Position numbers and translations under genes: made by a program | NCBI GenBank assembly: GCA_963677495.2 | Contig: CAXXOU010000004.1 | Coordinates: 384,001-448,000, forward strand | DNA: 64,000 nt | Direction of reading: 5' to 3' | DNA from: Candidatus Cloacimonadales bacterium | GTDB lineage: Bacteria > Cloacimonadota > Cloacimonadia > Cloacimonadales > JAFGVF01 | The notes under the pieces: model-generated | Databases searched by the model: none | Told to the model about the DNA's origin: nothing | Seen by the model: the letters and a program-made list of their open reading frames with translations, nothing else | Shown here: positions 40,562 through 51,487 of the stretch, one piece after another | Layout of the letters: every line of letters begins with the position of its first letter | Position numbering within the stretch: position 1 is the stretch's first letter

Positions 40562-40667
40562 GCTGGTAAACACTTGGCCAACCCTTGCCCAACACTTGGT
40601 CAATCCTTGGCCTATTTACCAAGAATATACCATTTTATAACCAAGCTGTTACCATTTTAAAGCCACT
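40562..40667. repeat. 11-bp phased inverted array (CTTGG / CCAAG)
   Basis: Left cores at 40562/73/84/95, 40606; right CCA cores at 40619/30/41/52/63. Confidence 0.85.
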
Positions 40668-41050
40668 AATTATTCGAGAAAGTAGAAGGGGCAGGGAGTG
40701 AGATTAGATTAATGTTTGAGTAGGTTAAAAAGGTCAGGGAGGCTGTAGGATAAATGCATTGACTAAATAATATATCTTTTACAAATTATAATTAACCGTA
40801 TGAAAAAATGAGATGATATAGGTTGAATTGACCAATGAAACGAGTAAACGATAGTTCCTTATCAAACTATGGAATGTCATCAATAGTGTAACCCCCTTAT
40901 GCTTATTTATGAAGAGTTTTTTAATGAATAAAGAGGAGTGTTGGGATGAGTCTTTTTTCTTAATGTAAATTACTATCGTTAGACGAGGTATTTATAAAAA
41001 AGTTTGTATTATCAAGTAGGCACAAACAATATGATGGTTGACTATATCAT

Positions 41051-41083
41051 AAAAAGAAGCCTAATCAAATAGTGAATAGGCTT
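41051..41083 (-). terminator. Intrinsic terminator of the 66-aa ORF
   Basis: AAGCCTA/TAGGCTT stem then CTTTTT on minus strand. Confidence 0.55.
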
Positions 41084-41106
41084 ATAGGTTGATTAAAAAC
41101 ATTTGA

Positions 41107-41307
41107 TTATTTCTTGTTGCTTCTTGGAATTACTTTTGTAACAAGTTCGACAGCAGCATCTTCAGCTAATTCTTTCACTGGGTTAGTACCTTTAACAAGA
41201 CCCAATGTTATTGCACTTATTGCTTTTCTTGTTCCCCTTCTAATTGAGCGACCTAACAAATCATCATAAGTTGTGTAGGCTTTGGCATCATCTTCTTTTT
41301 TACTCAT
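41107..41307 (-). CDS. Small hypothetical protein (66 aa)
   Basis: GGAGG RBS 5 nt before ATG, downstream terminator. Confidence 0.6.
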   Translation of the reverse strand: MSKKEDDAKAYTTYDDLLGRSIRRGTRKAISAITLGLVKGTNPVKELAEDAAVELVTKVIPRSNKK

Positions 41308-41578
41308 GAGTTCCTCCAGATTGTTTAGTGTAACTATAATATATTGAGTTAAAATAGTATTGCAAGAAAAAGAATAGTCACAATCAAAATAATAGAAAAG
41401 AGATGCTTGTTCATAATAGGCTTATTTGCATAGATATATTTACATTAGCAGGTTTACTGACCTACATGAAAAGATACAAAGAATTAGTTGACATACTTAA
41501 ATTATCTACAAGGATGGCGTTAAAGATTTCTGTGTTAAATAGATAGATTTGATTTCCATAATAACTTTGGAGAGTGAA

Positions 41579-44500
41579 ATGGTAAAACCTAATTGGGATA
41601 ATTTTAAAGCAAAATTTAGTGAAAATCCTCAAAACAATTTCGAATGGTTATGTTACTTGCTATTCTGCAAGGAATTTAATCAAGAACTAGGCATTTTTCG
41701 ATATAAAAATCAATCCAGGATAGAAACTAATCCTATTATAATAGATAACGATGTGATAGGATGGCAAGCAAAATTTTATGAATCTTCTCTTTCAAGACAT
41801 TCTGATGAACTGCTAAAAATTGTTGAAAAAGTAAGAGATGACTATCCTAATATTACTAAGTTATACATTTATAGTAATGAAGAATGGGGGCAAGGGAGGA
41901 AAAAGGGAAGTAAACCAAAAGGTTTAAAAGCGATAGAAAAATTAGCCACAGAAAAGAAAATAAGTATAGTATGGAAGACTGCTAGTTTTTTTGAATCAGA
42001 ATTTGTTACTACAAGTAATGCAGTTATAGTAAAGCACTTCTTTACTTTCGATCGAAGTATTGTTACTCTAATGAATGAATTGAAAGAACATACTGAGTGT
42101 ATTTTAAATCTCATTCAATCAGAGTTTTGCTTAAACGACAAGAAATTTGAGATAAATAGGGATGCGTATGTTGAAGAACTAAACAATGAAGAAAAACCCG
42201 TTTCAATCTTGAGTGGTTCAGGAGGAGTAGGTAAAACGGTAATAGTTAAGAAATTGTATAGGAGACTGAGAAATAATATACCATTTTATGTTTTCAAAGC
42301 TACGGAATTTGAACTAAGTAATATCGATAAAATATTTACGGAATTCAGTTTCTATGAATTTACAGAAGGGCTTCGAGAGCAAAAAGATAAAATAATTGTT
42401 ATTGATTCTGCAGAAAAACTGCTAAACTTAAACAATACTGACCCTTTTAAAGAGTTCTTATCCATTCTTTTGAAAGATAGATGGAGAATAATTTTTACTA
42501 CAAGAAATAACTATTTAGAAGACCTAAACTACCAATTCTTTGAAATCTATAAGATAGCACCAACAAATATCACGATTCAAAAATTAGAATTAGGAGAACT
42601 TTTCGAAATTGCAGAAGTGTATGATTTCTTAATACCTAATGATGAAAAATTGATAGAGTTAATTAGAATTCCATTTTATCTAAACGAATATATTTCATTA
42701 TATGATGATGATTCAAAAGAGTTAAAATATGTCGAATTCAAGAATAGAATATGGAAAAAGAGTATTAAAAAATCACAACCTAACAGAGAAGTTTGTTTTC
42801 TGCAGATTGCATTAGAAAGAGCTAATAGTGGGCAATTCTTTCTTAACCCCGATTGTAATACAAATACTCTAGCAGACTTTACAAAAGATGGTGTATTGGG
42901 TTACGAAGAGGCAGGTTACTTTATTTCTCATGATATCTATGAAGAATGGGCTCTTGAAAGAATAATTGAAAGGGAGTTTAAAATAAAGGATTCAGATTTG
43001 ACTTTCTTTAATAGAATAGGTCACTCTCTCCCAATGAGAAGGAGTTTTAGAAACTGGTTATCAGAGGGATTGCTTTTAAATAGAAACGATATCAGAATCT
43101 TTATTGATGAATTAATTAAGAATCAGGAAGTTGAAGCATTTTGGAAAGATGAAACTTTTGTATCAATTCTTCTGTCAGACCATTCAGAAACATTTTTTGA
43201 TAACTTTCAAGATGAATTGTTAGAAGATGGATGTTTGTTATTAAAAAAGATTACCTTCATTTTGAGAATTGCTTGCAAAGAAGTTGATAACAATTTTTAT
43301 GCACAAATTGGTTTGAAGTATTTCAATCAACTAACTTTAAAACACATTCTAACAAAACCCAAGGGACAAGGTTGGGAAAGCACTATTGAGTTCGCTTATG
43401 TGAATTTGGAATCAATTGGTTTTGGGCAAATTTCTTTCCTAATCCCCATATTGGTTGAATGGAACAGGAAAATAGGAAAAGGAAAAACAACAAGGTTAGC
43501 AGGTCTAATAGCACTCAGGTTTTATCAATGGATTATGGGAAACGATGTCTTGTATTATTACAAAGATAGAGTAAAAGAGTTAATTTCGATTATTCTTCTA
43601 GGTTCTGTAGAGTTGAAATCTGAGTTAGAGCCAATTTTTCAAAGTATAATAGAAAATAAATGGAAGAGTTATGGTGATCCATATTATGGATTTTCACTTA
43701 CAATACTCACAGAAATGATAGGATATACTATAACAAAAGCTATGCCAGAATGTGTTATGAAGCTAGCCTATCTATTTTGGTCTAAAGATGTTCAAGAAGA
43801 CGATAGTTTGTATCATTCTGCCATGGAGAGTGAACATCATTTTGGAATCGAAAAGGTGGGTAATGGATATTCCCCAGCAAGTGCTTTTCAAACCCCTGTT
43901 TACTGGTTGTTAAATACTAGACTAAAAGAGACATTAGATTTTATTCTAGAATTTACTAACAAATCTATAGAAGAATATGCTTCATCCGGATATGATCATA
44001 GTGTTTATCAAGTAGATGTGCATATTGATGATAGTATTAAGATTGAACAATACTCAAGTCATTGTCTTTGGAATATGTATAGAGGTTCGGGCTCACCTGT
44101 TTGCCCTTATCTACTACAATCTATACATATGGCATTGGAGAAGTATTTTTTAAATACTGGCAAGATTAAAGACTCACAAGAGCTTGAGTCTTGGTTAATA
44201 TACCTTTTGAAGAACTCGAAATCCGCTTCTATCACTTCTGTAATTACAAGTGTTGTTTTAGCTTTCCCAGAAAAAACATTTAATGTTGCAAAAATTCTGT
44301 TTAGGACAAGAGATTTTATTAGGGAAGATACACTTAGAATTGTTTTTGAGTCTGACGCAAAATCATTATATTCTTTTAGTAAGGAGCTCGGATTTAAAAA
44401 TACTGAAGTATATGATGATGAAAGGATAAAAACATGTGAAGATAAGCATCGCCAGTTTTGCTTGGAACACATTTTTCTGCAATATCAGTGGTTTAAGAGC

Positions 44501-46300
44501 GAGGAAATCAGTGATGAAGAAGTTAAAGAAAGACAAGAAGAATTATGGCGAATTTTAGATGAATATTATTCTGAATTATCTTCTGAATCTGAACAGACTG
44601 ATGATGATAGAACATGGAGATTGTTTTTAGCTAGAATGGATAGAAGAGGGATGAAGGTTGAAACAGAAGAAACAGATAATGGAATAGCAATACAGTTTAT
44701 TCCTAATGTTACACCTGACATTAAAGAGCAGAGTGACAAAGCGGTAACAAAACACAATGAACAAACAAAGTATTTCTCATTATTAATGTGGTCGAAGCAG
44801 AGATATGATTATAATGAGCAATACAAACAATATAAAAAATATGAAGAGGAACCCAAACTTGCGCTATTTGAAGCAAAAGAGATATATGAAAAAATAGCCA
44901 CTAATAATGAAACTATTATGAATTCAGGAGATGAAGACTTCCTCTTGTTTCATCATTCAATCCCTGCTTATGTTTGTAGTGTGTTATTACGAGAGTTTCT
45001 TGATTTGCTAACAGATGAGGATAAAGCACTGTGTTCAGAGATATTGATGTCTAAAGCGGTGTCAGCTCTAAATCCAAAATATAGCTATCAAATGTCTGAT
45101 GGTGTTCAAGCAGCGATATCTGCATTACCAATTCTTTTTAAAATAGTCCCAGAAGAAAAAGGATCAATAAAATTTGTTTTGTTGATGTGTCTTTTCTTTA
45201 ACCATACAATTGATCAAATAAATAAGTTCAGCATTTTCTCTATCATGGCGATCAAAGAAATGTGGAAGGATAATGCCTTAGATGCTTACTCAATATTTCT
45301 TGGTTACATTTACTTAAGACCTAAGTATGAAGACCTAAGTGAGGGATATCGCTCAGAGAGAAATCACATGATCAATTTTCGCTTTAATGACCGGGCTCCA
45401 GCAAAAGAGTTTATCGAAAACCATGAAGAAGAAATTAATGCGATAATTGATAATACAATTACTCTGAGAAGCTTAGAAGACCTAAGATCTTTAGATGTAA
45501 TTATGTTAGAAATCTTATTCAAAATGATACCTACTAAAATTGATGAATCGGAGCTTAAAGAAATTACCTTGTATGTTGTTAAGACTATATTTCATAATCT
45601 CTTAGATAATGGAGATGATGATAAAGTAAAAAGTATAAAGTATAGCTTTCTTAGGTTTTATGCCAATTTTATATTAAATATACCTGAGACTGAAATAGTG
45701 GACTATTTAGCACCTGTACTAAGCAGCTTCAGACTCTCAGAGTTATTTGCAGATTTGTTAAAAGATATTGTACTTGCTGAAGATAGGCTGAATACATATG
45801 ATAATTTTTGGTTTATTTGGGAAACAGTCCAACCACAATTGATTGAATTAAGTAATAACTCTGACAATTCTTGGTACCGGGATAGCATTATAAAAAGCTA
45901 TCTATTTGCGAATATCCCTTGGAAGGAAACAGCCCAAGACTGGCGTTCATTTAAAGATGAGAACGCTAATTTCTTTGCAGAGATTTCAGAAGAAATTGGA
46001 CACTGCCCCTCAGTTTTGTATGCTATATCGAAATTGTTAAATGATATTGGGAGCCCATATTTAGATAAAGGTGTATTTTGGATTAATACGATTCTTAGAA
46101 ATAACCCAGGTTACAGTGATAAGAAGTTAGAAGTAAATACGATTTATTATATAGAGAATGCTATGCGTAAGTATGTGTTTAAACATAAAGAGGAGATCAA
46201 AAAGAAAAAGATTCTCAGAAACAAGCTTATACTGATAATGAATTTTCTGGTTAGTCAGAATTCAGAAATCGGTTATATGCTAAGAGAATCCATAATTTAG
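41579..46300 (+). CDS. avs4: AVAST type 4 anti-phage STAND ATPase/nuclease Avs4
   Basis: N-terminus MVKPNWDNFKAKFSENPQNNFEW matches my recollection of Avs4; Mrr-like GWQAKFY; Walker A GSGGVGKT, Walker B VIDSAE; long helical C-terminus; 1573 aa from ATG 41579. Confidence 0.88.
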   Translation: MVKPNWDNFKAKFSENPQNNFEWLCYLLFCKEFNQELGIFRYKNQSRIETNPIIIDNDVIGWQAKFYESSLSRHSDELLKIVEKVRDDYPNITKLYIYSNEEWGQGRKKGSKPKGLKAIEKLATEKKISIVWKTASFFESEFVTTSNAVIVKHFFTFDRSIVTLMNELKEHTECILNLIQSEFCLNDKKFEINRDAYVEELNNEEKPVSILSGSGGVGKTVIVKKLYRRLRNNIPFYVFKATEFELSNIDKIFTEFSFYEFTEGLREQKDKIIVIDSAEKLLNLNNTDPFKEFLSILLKDRWRIIFTTRNNYLEDLNYQFFEIYKIAPTNITIQKLELGELFEIAEVYDFLIPNDEKLIELIRIPFYLNEYISLYDDDSKELKYVEFKNRIWKKSIKKSQPNREVCFLQIALERANSGQFFLNPDCNTNTLADFTKDGVLGYEEAGYFISHDIYEEWALERIIEREFKIKDSDLTFFNRIGHSLPMRRSFRNWLSEGLLLNRNDIRIFIDELIKNQEVEAFWKDETFVSILLSDHSETFFDNFQDELLEDGCLLLKKITFILRIACKEVDNNFYAQIGLKYFNQLTLKHILTKPKGQGWESTIEFAYVNLESIGFGQISFLIPILVEWNRKIGKGKTTRLAGLIALRFYQWIMGNDVLYYYKDRVKELISIILLGSVELKSELEPIFQSIIENKWKSYGDPYYGFSLTILTEMIGYTITKAMPECVMKLAYLFWSKDVQEDDSLYHSAMESEHHFGIEKVGNGYSPASAFQTPVYWLLNTRLKETLDFILEFTNKSIEEYASSGYDHSVYQVDVHIDDSIKIEQYSSHCLWNMYRGSGSPVCPYLLQSIHMALEKYFLNTGKIKDSQELESWLIYLLKNSKSASITSVITSVVLAFPEKTFNVAKILFRTRDFIREDTLRIVFESDAKSLYSFSKELGFKNTEVYDDERIKTCEDKHRQFCLEHIFLQYQWFKSEEISDEEVKERQEELWRILDEYYSELSSESEQTDDDRTWRLFLARMDRRGMKVETEETDNGIAIQFIPNVTPDIKEQSDKAVTKHNEQTKYFSLLMWSKQRYDYNEQYKQYKKYEEEPKLALFEAKEIYEKIATNNETIMNSGDEDFLLFHHSIPAYVCSVLLREFLDLLTDEDKALCSEILMSKAVSALNPKYSYQMSDGVQAAISALPILFKIVPEEKGSIKFVLLMCLFFNHTIDQINKFSIFSIMAIKEMWKDNALDAYSIFLGYIYLRPKYEDLSEGYRSERNHMINFRFNDRAPAKEFIENHEEEINAIIDNTITLRSLEDLRSLDVIMLEILFKMIPTKIDESELKEITLYVVKTIFHNLLDNGDDDKVKSIKYSFLRFYANFILNIPETEIVDYLAPVLSSFRLSELFADLLKDIVLAEDRLNTYDNFWFIWETVQPQLIELSNNSDNSWYRDSIIKSYLFANIPWKETAQDWRSFKDENANFFAEISEEIGHCPSVLYAISKLLNDIGSPYLDKGVFWINTILRNNPGYSDKKLEVNTIYYIENAMRKYVFKHKEEIKKKKILRNKLILIMNFLVSQNSEIGYMLRESII

Positions 46301-46556
46301 ACATATCATCTTTTACCTCCTCATTATGAGTTTTTCTTATTTGGCAAATTATCTAACATTAAACAAAGAATACAGCAAAAAAAAAACAATATACAGCAGA
46401 AAGGGTTATTTCGTAGAGGTGGTTTTCATTCTTACGTCTCTTTTCTTCTTCGTAATAGCTAGAGAAAAGCTTAAGGGTCATTACTTTGAAAAAACAAAAC
46501 CCCACGCAACAATGTCGCATGGGGCTATTAAACTTATGCTCCTGTAGAGCTGAAGA

Positions 46557-46585
46557 GTGCCGGCAGGATGCCAGCGTACCCGGTT
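46557..46585. repeat. REP-like palindrome, same family as 30960
   Basis: GCCGGCAGGATGCCAGCGTACCCGGTT vs GCGGACAGGATGTCCGCGAACCCAGTT. Confidence 0.6.
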
Positions 46586-46602
46586 AGTATCGCAGTACTA
46601 AT

Positions 46603-49600
46603 CTATTCCATATCACTCACAACAATCTTAAAGAAAAGCTTGTTAGGAGCTGATATGTTTATGTTGATATGATTATTCATTGTTGTACTATGATAAGTAC
46701 TCTCTTCACATATGAAGTCAGGGTTGTCAGATGAATAGACATTATACCAAACTCCATTGAGCTCAGGATAAGAATTGCCCTGATATGTTCCTTGTGTGAC
46801 TTCATCCCAGTTTAGTGTTACTGAGTTTGTTCGTGTATCATTAACAGCAATTCTGACGTTTGTAGCTTCATCAGGAGCAATATTATCTAATGAGTAACCT
46901 GACATCTCATCTGAGCAGTAGTACACAAATGGGGAAGTAGTATGAGCAGAAACGAAGAAAGTAGAAGGATTATCTTCTGTTGCAGATGAATCCCGGTAAG
47001 TCGTAGCTGTCATTGTGTATTGATCCCATCCCATAGCATAAGTCGCACCTACCGATATCCATAGATCGTTATCTCTGCTAAGAAGAACTTGATTATGTCT
47101 ATCAAGTGAGTTACTGCTTCTTAACTGAATAGTATTGGCTGCTCTTGCTTCTTCAATAGAGGTAGTAACACGTAGTCCTCTGGTTGCGAATGGATATTTA
47201 ATCCACAAGTTATAACTTACAATTGGGTCAGAGCTACCGGGTTCATCAAAGCTACTCTTTTCCCAGCACACATTTATGCGTCGACCTTGGTCATTTGGTA
47301 CATCATAGATAGTCGCTATTTTAGGAGCTTGATTACCATTAGCAAACTCAGGATAAGAATTACTATGAATAATCCAGATATTATCGCTTCCATTAGCTGT
47401 CTCATCGACAAAATCCCATCCGGCATTAAGATATGTACTCTCTGTTTGCATGTTTGCAGTTGTGAGTCCTGCTCCTCCTGAACTGATATTTTGCTGTGAT
47501 GTATCTGTATCCCAGAAACAACCTGTAACAGAACTTGATGATGATGTTAAACCAATTAAACCACCGACACTATTAGTCCCTTGCACTAAACCGGTAGAAT
47601 AGCAGTTAGTAACTTGGGAGCTAAGTGAGTTCTTACCAATCAGACCACCAACGTATGTATCGCCATTAACATTACAAGAACTAAAACAATCTGAGATACT
47701 TGAACTATCAAAGTTCTCACCGACAAGTCCACCAACATAGTTATCACTTGCAGTTACAGATCCACTTGAAGAACACTCAGTTATGCTTGATTCAAGACTC
47801 TTACCAACTAAAGCTGCTACAAATCCGTTACCGGATATTGTAACGTTTTCTAATGTTAGAGATGTAATAACTGCTGATTGAGTGAAACCAAACAGCCCAA
47901 TATAATCATCATCCTGACGTGAAATGTAAAGATTGCTTATAGAATAGTCATCACCATCATACTGACCTGTGAAGCTTAAACTGTTTTGGCCAATGGGACT
48001 GAAACCTTCTCCTGAATTCCAGTTCTGTGTATCGCTTGCATCAATATCGGTTGTCTGCACAAAATATGCATCCCAATAACTATGATTCTCACTAATAAAT
48101 CTTAACTCATCTAAGTTTGCTATTTGATATGGGTCTTGCTCTGTACCTGAACCTGATAGCTCAATATCTTCAGATACTGTTATGTAGTCTATTTGAGTAT
48201 GTACATCAGTTCCATGTTCATTAATAGCAGTTAGACTTACACTATAAGTCCCCGGTTCTGAATATGAATGGGAACAGTTTTCTGTAGTATAATCCACAAC
48301 TCCATCACCATCAATATCCCATTGCCATTGACAATTAGCATTACCGGTATGGGAAGTATTACTGAAGTTAACAATTTGGCTTAAACTAGGATTTGAAATA
48401 TCAGCATTGAAGTTAGCTACCGGAGCAGTTTCCTGCCAAGCGAGTCTTGGATAATCATTTTCAATGAAAACCCAATAGTCATCAGTTCCATTAGTATCTT
48501 CTCCATAGAAATCCCACCCTGCATTTGTGAAGGAACTGAGTGTCTGCATTTCTGAAGTTGTAAGTTCTGTTGCAGGGCTGTGATTGGAATAATAAGTTAT
48601 ATCTCCATCAAAAAAACAGTTGTATATGAGGTTTGTGCTACCACTGCCGGCAAAGGGTTCAACATTGTCCCAGCCGTCCACTGTTGCCGCATTGTAGCAA
48701 TTTGTAATTGTTGCACCAGTTCTATTGAGCAAAACAAAACCACCAACATCTTCACCAGATATAGACTTAGTATTGTAACAGTTATCGATTGTCGAATTTT
48801 CCTCATTTATTACAACAAATCCAGCTCCATCAGTTGGGTGTACATCATCTCCGGTAGTGTAACAGTTAGAAATGGATGAACCTGAACTATTTATACCGAC
48901 AAATCCTGAACATTCCTCAGCACTGGAAGTTTGCATAGTACAGTAGCTGTATGTGATTGAAGAAGCATTATTGTTTTTACCTACTAATCCTCCAACAAGC
49001 CATCCATGGGTATATCCTGAATAGCCATAACAATAAGTTATTGAAGAGCCATTGTCGTTAACTCCGACTAAACCTCCAGTAAAATCACGACCATAAACAT
49101 CACCTGAGATATGACAGTTGTTGATAATTGTATTGGAACAATAGCCCACTAAACCACCAGTGTTTTCTCCACCTGTGATATCGACATTAGTTAGTCCAAT
49201 ATTTGATATCTCAGCTCCGCTTACATAACCAAAAAGTCCTATGTTATCACGAACAGTTGTGTTATATCCGAATTCAATATATAGGCTATCGATTATATAT
49301 TCTTGTCCATCGTATGTTCCGGTAAAATTGACAATATCATTACCAATAGGTGAGAATCCGGTACCATTATTTAGTGATGAAGTTGAAGCTGCATTGATAT
49401 CTGCTGTTTGAATGTAGTGCTTATCCCAAAATGTACTGTCAGAACTTACGAAAACCAAAGCATCAAGCGACGAAATCCGGTATGGATTCCCAATGGTTCC
49501 TTCACCTAACATAGGTGTTTCGAATGTCATTTCATCACCATACCCTATCCCCACATCATTAGCTGCATAAGCTCTATAATAGTATGTTGTTAGAGGTTCT

Positions 49601-50817
49601 AAACCATATATCTCTGAAGAGAATACTCCAATCCCTGAACCATCATTGGTGTACGTATCAGTTATAACGGGATTAGGATCAGTGCTCCAACAGACACCTC
49701 TTTGTGTAACCTGGAGACTACTATAAGTTATCTCTCCACCTGAAGTTGCTGAAGACCCGGTTATATTATCTGCAATTGTTGTCGACAATACAGGAGGAGT
49801 AGCGCTCATAGTTGTGAAAGAATATTCTTCTCCATAGACAGTATTGTGAGAGTTGGATGTATATGCTCTATAAAAGTATTCAGTTTCCGGTAGTAAGCCT
49901 GTTAGATTGGAAGTATATTCTCCATATCCAGAACCTTCGTCAGTAGAAAAGTCATCAATTGTAGGGTTAGGACTTGTACTCCAACAGACACCTCTACTAA
50001 CAATAGCATCTGTGTTATGAACATTATTACCTCCTGCGATAGCACTTGCCTCTCCAATTGCTGATGCAACTGTAGTCGAAACTATCGGTACTAATGGAAT
50101 AGATGATGCTACTCTTGCACTGTCATTCATGTTGTTAAGTACCATATCATCAGTACCAACAAGGTCTTGTACAGTGGACCCTGTAGATTCATTGAATTGA
50201 TAATAGTTTGTAAGGCCGATTTCAGAGCCATCTAATGTTGAATACATATTATCTGCAATTTCAGCTTCTGTACGAATTACATCCCAGAATCTTAACTCAT
50301 CGTAAACACAATTACCGGGGTCATTCAAGTTGTTTCCACCGGCTAAATAAAACTCAGATCCGGAACCAGACCAGGTAGAATTGTCACTAGCACGAAGAAC
50401 TCCATCAACATATAAAGAATAACTAGCTGTATGACTTAAAACTCTATCCCATGTTACTGCAATATGATACCAATGCTCTGCTCCACTGAGGGTATTTAAA
50501 TCAAACCTAACATCTCCATTATACATCCGGACTCTTAATTCTCCATTATCATATATCCACATCTCCCATATATTGCCACCTGAATTGGTGTCAAAGATTG
50601 TGTTATAATTATAGAATGAGTTTGGGTAAACCCATAATTCAATTGTCCCGGAATCAGGCAGAGACTTGTTTATTGTGGCATAATCATTAAATCCATCAAC
50701 TTCTAAGGCATTCCCTGCAAAGTCATCAATTGAAAATATGGTAGTTACAGACATGAACAGTATTGCGATTAGCAAAACACTTTTAAATCCAAAAAAACAG
50801 TTCTTAAAATCAAACAT
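46603..50817 (-). CDS. Large secreted LamG/FN3-like/GLUG/PKD protein
   Basis: GAGGAG RBS, signal peptide, LamG (WYHIAVT, DELRFW), 2x RGVCWST..YRAY, 2x GLUG blocks, PKD WDIDGDG. Confidence 0.87.
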   Translation of the reverse strand: MFDFKNCFFGFKSVLLIAILFMSVTTIFSIDDFAGNALEVDGFNDYATINKSLPDSGTIELWVYPNSFYNYNTIFDTNSGGNIWEMWIYDNGELRVRMYNGDVRFDLNTLSGAEHWYHIAVTWDRVLSHTASYSLYVDGVLRASDNSTWSGSGSEFYLAGGNNLNDPGNCVYDELRFWDVIRTEAEIADNMYSTLDGSEIGLTNYYQFNESTGSTVQDLVGTDDMVLNNMNDSARVASSIPLVPIVSTTVASAIGEASAIAGGNNVHNTDAIVSRGVCWSTSPNPTIDDFSTDEGSGYGEYTSNLTGLLPETEYFYRAYTSNSHNTVYGEEYSFTTMSATPPVLSTTIADNITGSSATSGGEITYSSLQVTQRGVCWSTDPNPVITDTYTNDGSGIGVFSSEIYGLEPLTTYYYRAYAANDVGIGYGDEMTFETPMLGEGTIGNPYRISSLDALVFVSSDSTFWDKHYIQTADINAASTSSLNNGTGFSPIGNDIVNFTGTYDGQEYIIDSLYIEFGYNTTVRDNIGLFGYVSGAEISNIGLTNVDITGGENTGGLVGYCSNTIINNCHISGDVYGRDFTGGLVGVNDNGSSITYCYGYSGYTHGWLVGGLVGKNNNASSITYSYCTMQTSSAEECSGFVGINSSGSSISNCYTTGDDVHPTDGAGFVVINEENSTIDNCYNTKSISGEDVGGFVLLNRTGATITNCYNAATVDGWDNVEPFAGSGSTNLIYNCFFDGDITYYSNHSPATELTTSEMQTLSSFTNAGWDFYGEDTNGTDDYWVFIENDYPRLAWQETAPVANFNADISNPSLSQIVNFSNTSHTGNANCQWQWDIDGDGVVDYTTENCSHSYSEPGTYSVSLTAINEHGTDVHTQIDYITVSEDIELSGSGTEQDPYQIANLDELRFISENHSYWDAYFVQTTDIDASDTQNWNSGEGFSPIGQNSLSFTGQYDGDDYSISNLYISRQDDDYIGLFGFTQSAVITSLTLENVTISGNGFVAALVGKSLESSITECSSSGSVTASDNYVGGLVGENFDSSSISDCFSSCNVNGDTYVGGLIGKNSLSSQVTNCYSTGLVQGTNSVGGLIGLTSSSSSVTGCFWDTDTSQQNISSGGAGLTTANMQTESTYLNAGWDFVDETANGSDNIWIIHSNSYPEFANGNQAPKIATIYDVPNDQGRRINVCWEKSSFDEPGSSDPIVSYNLWIKYPFATRGLRVTTSIEEARAANTIQLRSSNSLDRHNQVLLSRDNDLWISVGATYAMGWDQYTMTATTYRDSSATEDNPSTFFVSAHTTSPFVYYCSDEMSGYSLDNIAPDEATNVRIAVNDTRTNSVTLNWDEVTQGTYQGNSYPELNGVWYNVYSSDNPDFICEESTYHSTTMNNHININISAPNKLFFKIVVSDME

Positions 50818-50970
50818 AAATAACTCCTCAGTTCTCAGACCCTCAATCTTCTATAGCTGTTTAGACGGCATATATAGAAAAGTTAGGGAGTTTATTGTAA
50901 ATAATTGAGAAGTTAATAATTGTATATGTATATGTCAAGGAAAGATTTCTTCATAAGAATAGGGTTAGTT

Positions 50971-51005
50971 TATGGAGTTAACTGACTATTTCGGTTTGTC
51001 TTGAA
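50971..51005. repeat. Degenerate TGGAGT-REP half
   Basis: TATGGAGTTAACTGACTATTTCGGTTTGTCTTG. Confidence 0.6.
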
Positions 51006-51050
51006 ACAGATAACTTAGTGGTTAGTATTAGTTCCATAATTCCATAACTT

Positions 51051-51112
51051 CCAATCTACACCCAATCCAATTCCCGTTATCATTAACGTGTTTCTAACTG
51101 GAAGCTAACGGG
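51051..51112. repeat. Short 11-bp phased inverted array (CCCGTTA / TAACnnG)
   Basis: TAAC at 51084/95, 51106; CCCGTTA at 51073, CC in phase at 51051/62. Confidence 0.5.
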
Positions 51113-51255
51113 TAACAGATAAGTAGTAAGAAGATGTATTGAAAACGAATCATGGGCTTGGCGCGCAGACATCTTTGTCCGTGTATTGTCCTGAAAAAAA
51201 GCCACAGATTTCTCGGATTATCTCAGGCAAGAGTATTTCGACATTGCATGTCGAA

Positions 51256-51307
51256 TTCGTAGGACACGCTGCCAGCTTGTCCACTTAGCGGAGCTAAGTA
51301 GCTCCAC
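51256..51307. repeat. GTAG-led REP-like element, copy of 30798-30848
   Basis: TTCGTAGGACAC.CTGCCAGCT.GTC...TTAGCGGAGCTAAG. Confidence 0.75.
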
Positions 51308-51487
51308 TGACGGTAACTGGTGTTAATTGGTTAAGTTCTTTGGAGAACATTATCAGGTTCTGGTGACAGCTACGAATGCACCGTTGCTGCATTCCATATA
51401 GAAAAAAGTAAATATATTGACATGAATTCATACTTCGTTGATAAATAGATATTAGAATTAAATATAACAGGTGCATAAGGTTGTCTG

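Noticed and set aside
46326..46547. 73-aa ORF downstream of avs4 as a defence partner
   Set aside because: No RBS, low-complexity A-rich sequence running through a terminator-like hairpin
34932..46600. Integrase-driven island or prophage at tRNA-Asp
   Set aside because: No integrase or phage genes, and no duplicated tRNA 3' end found downstream
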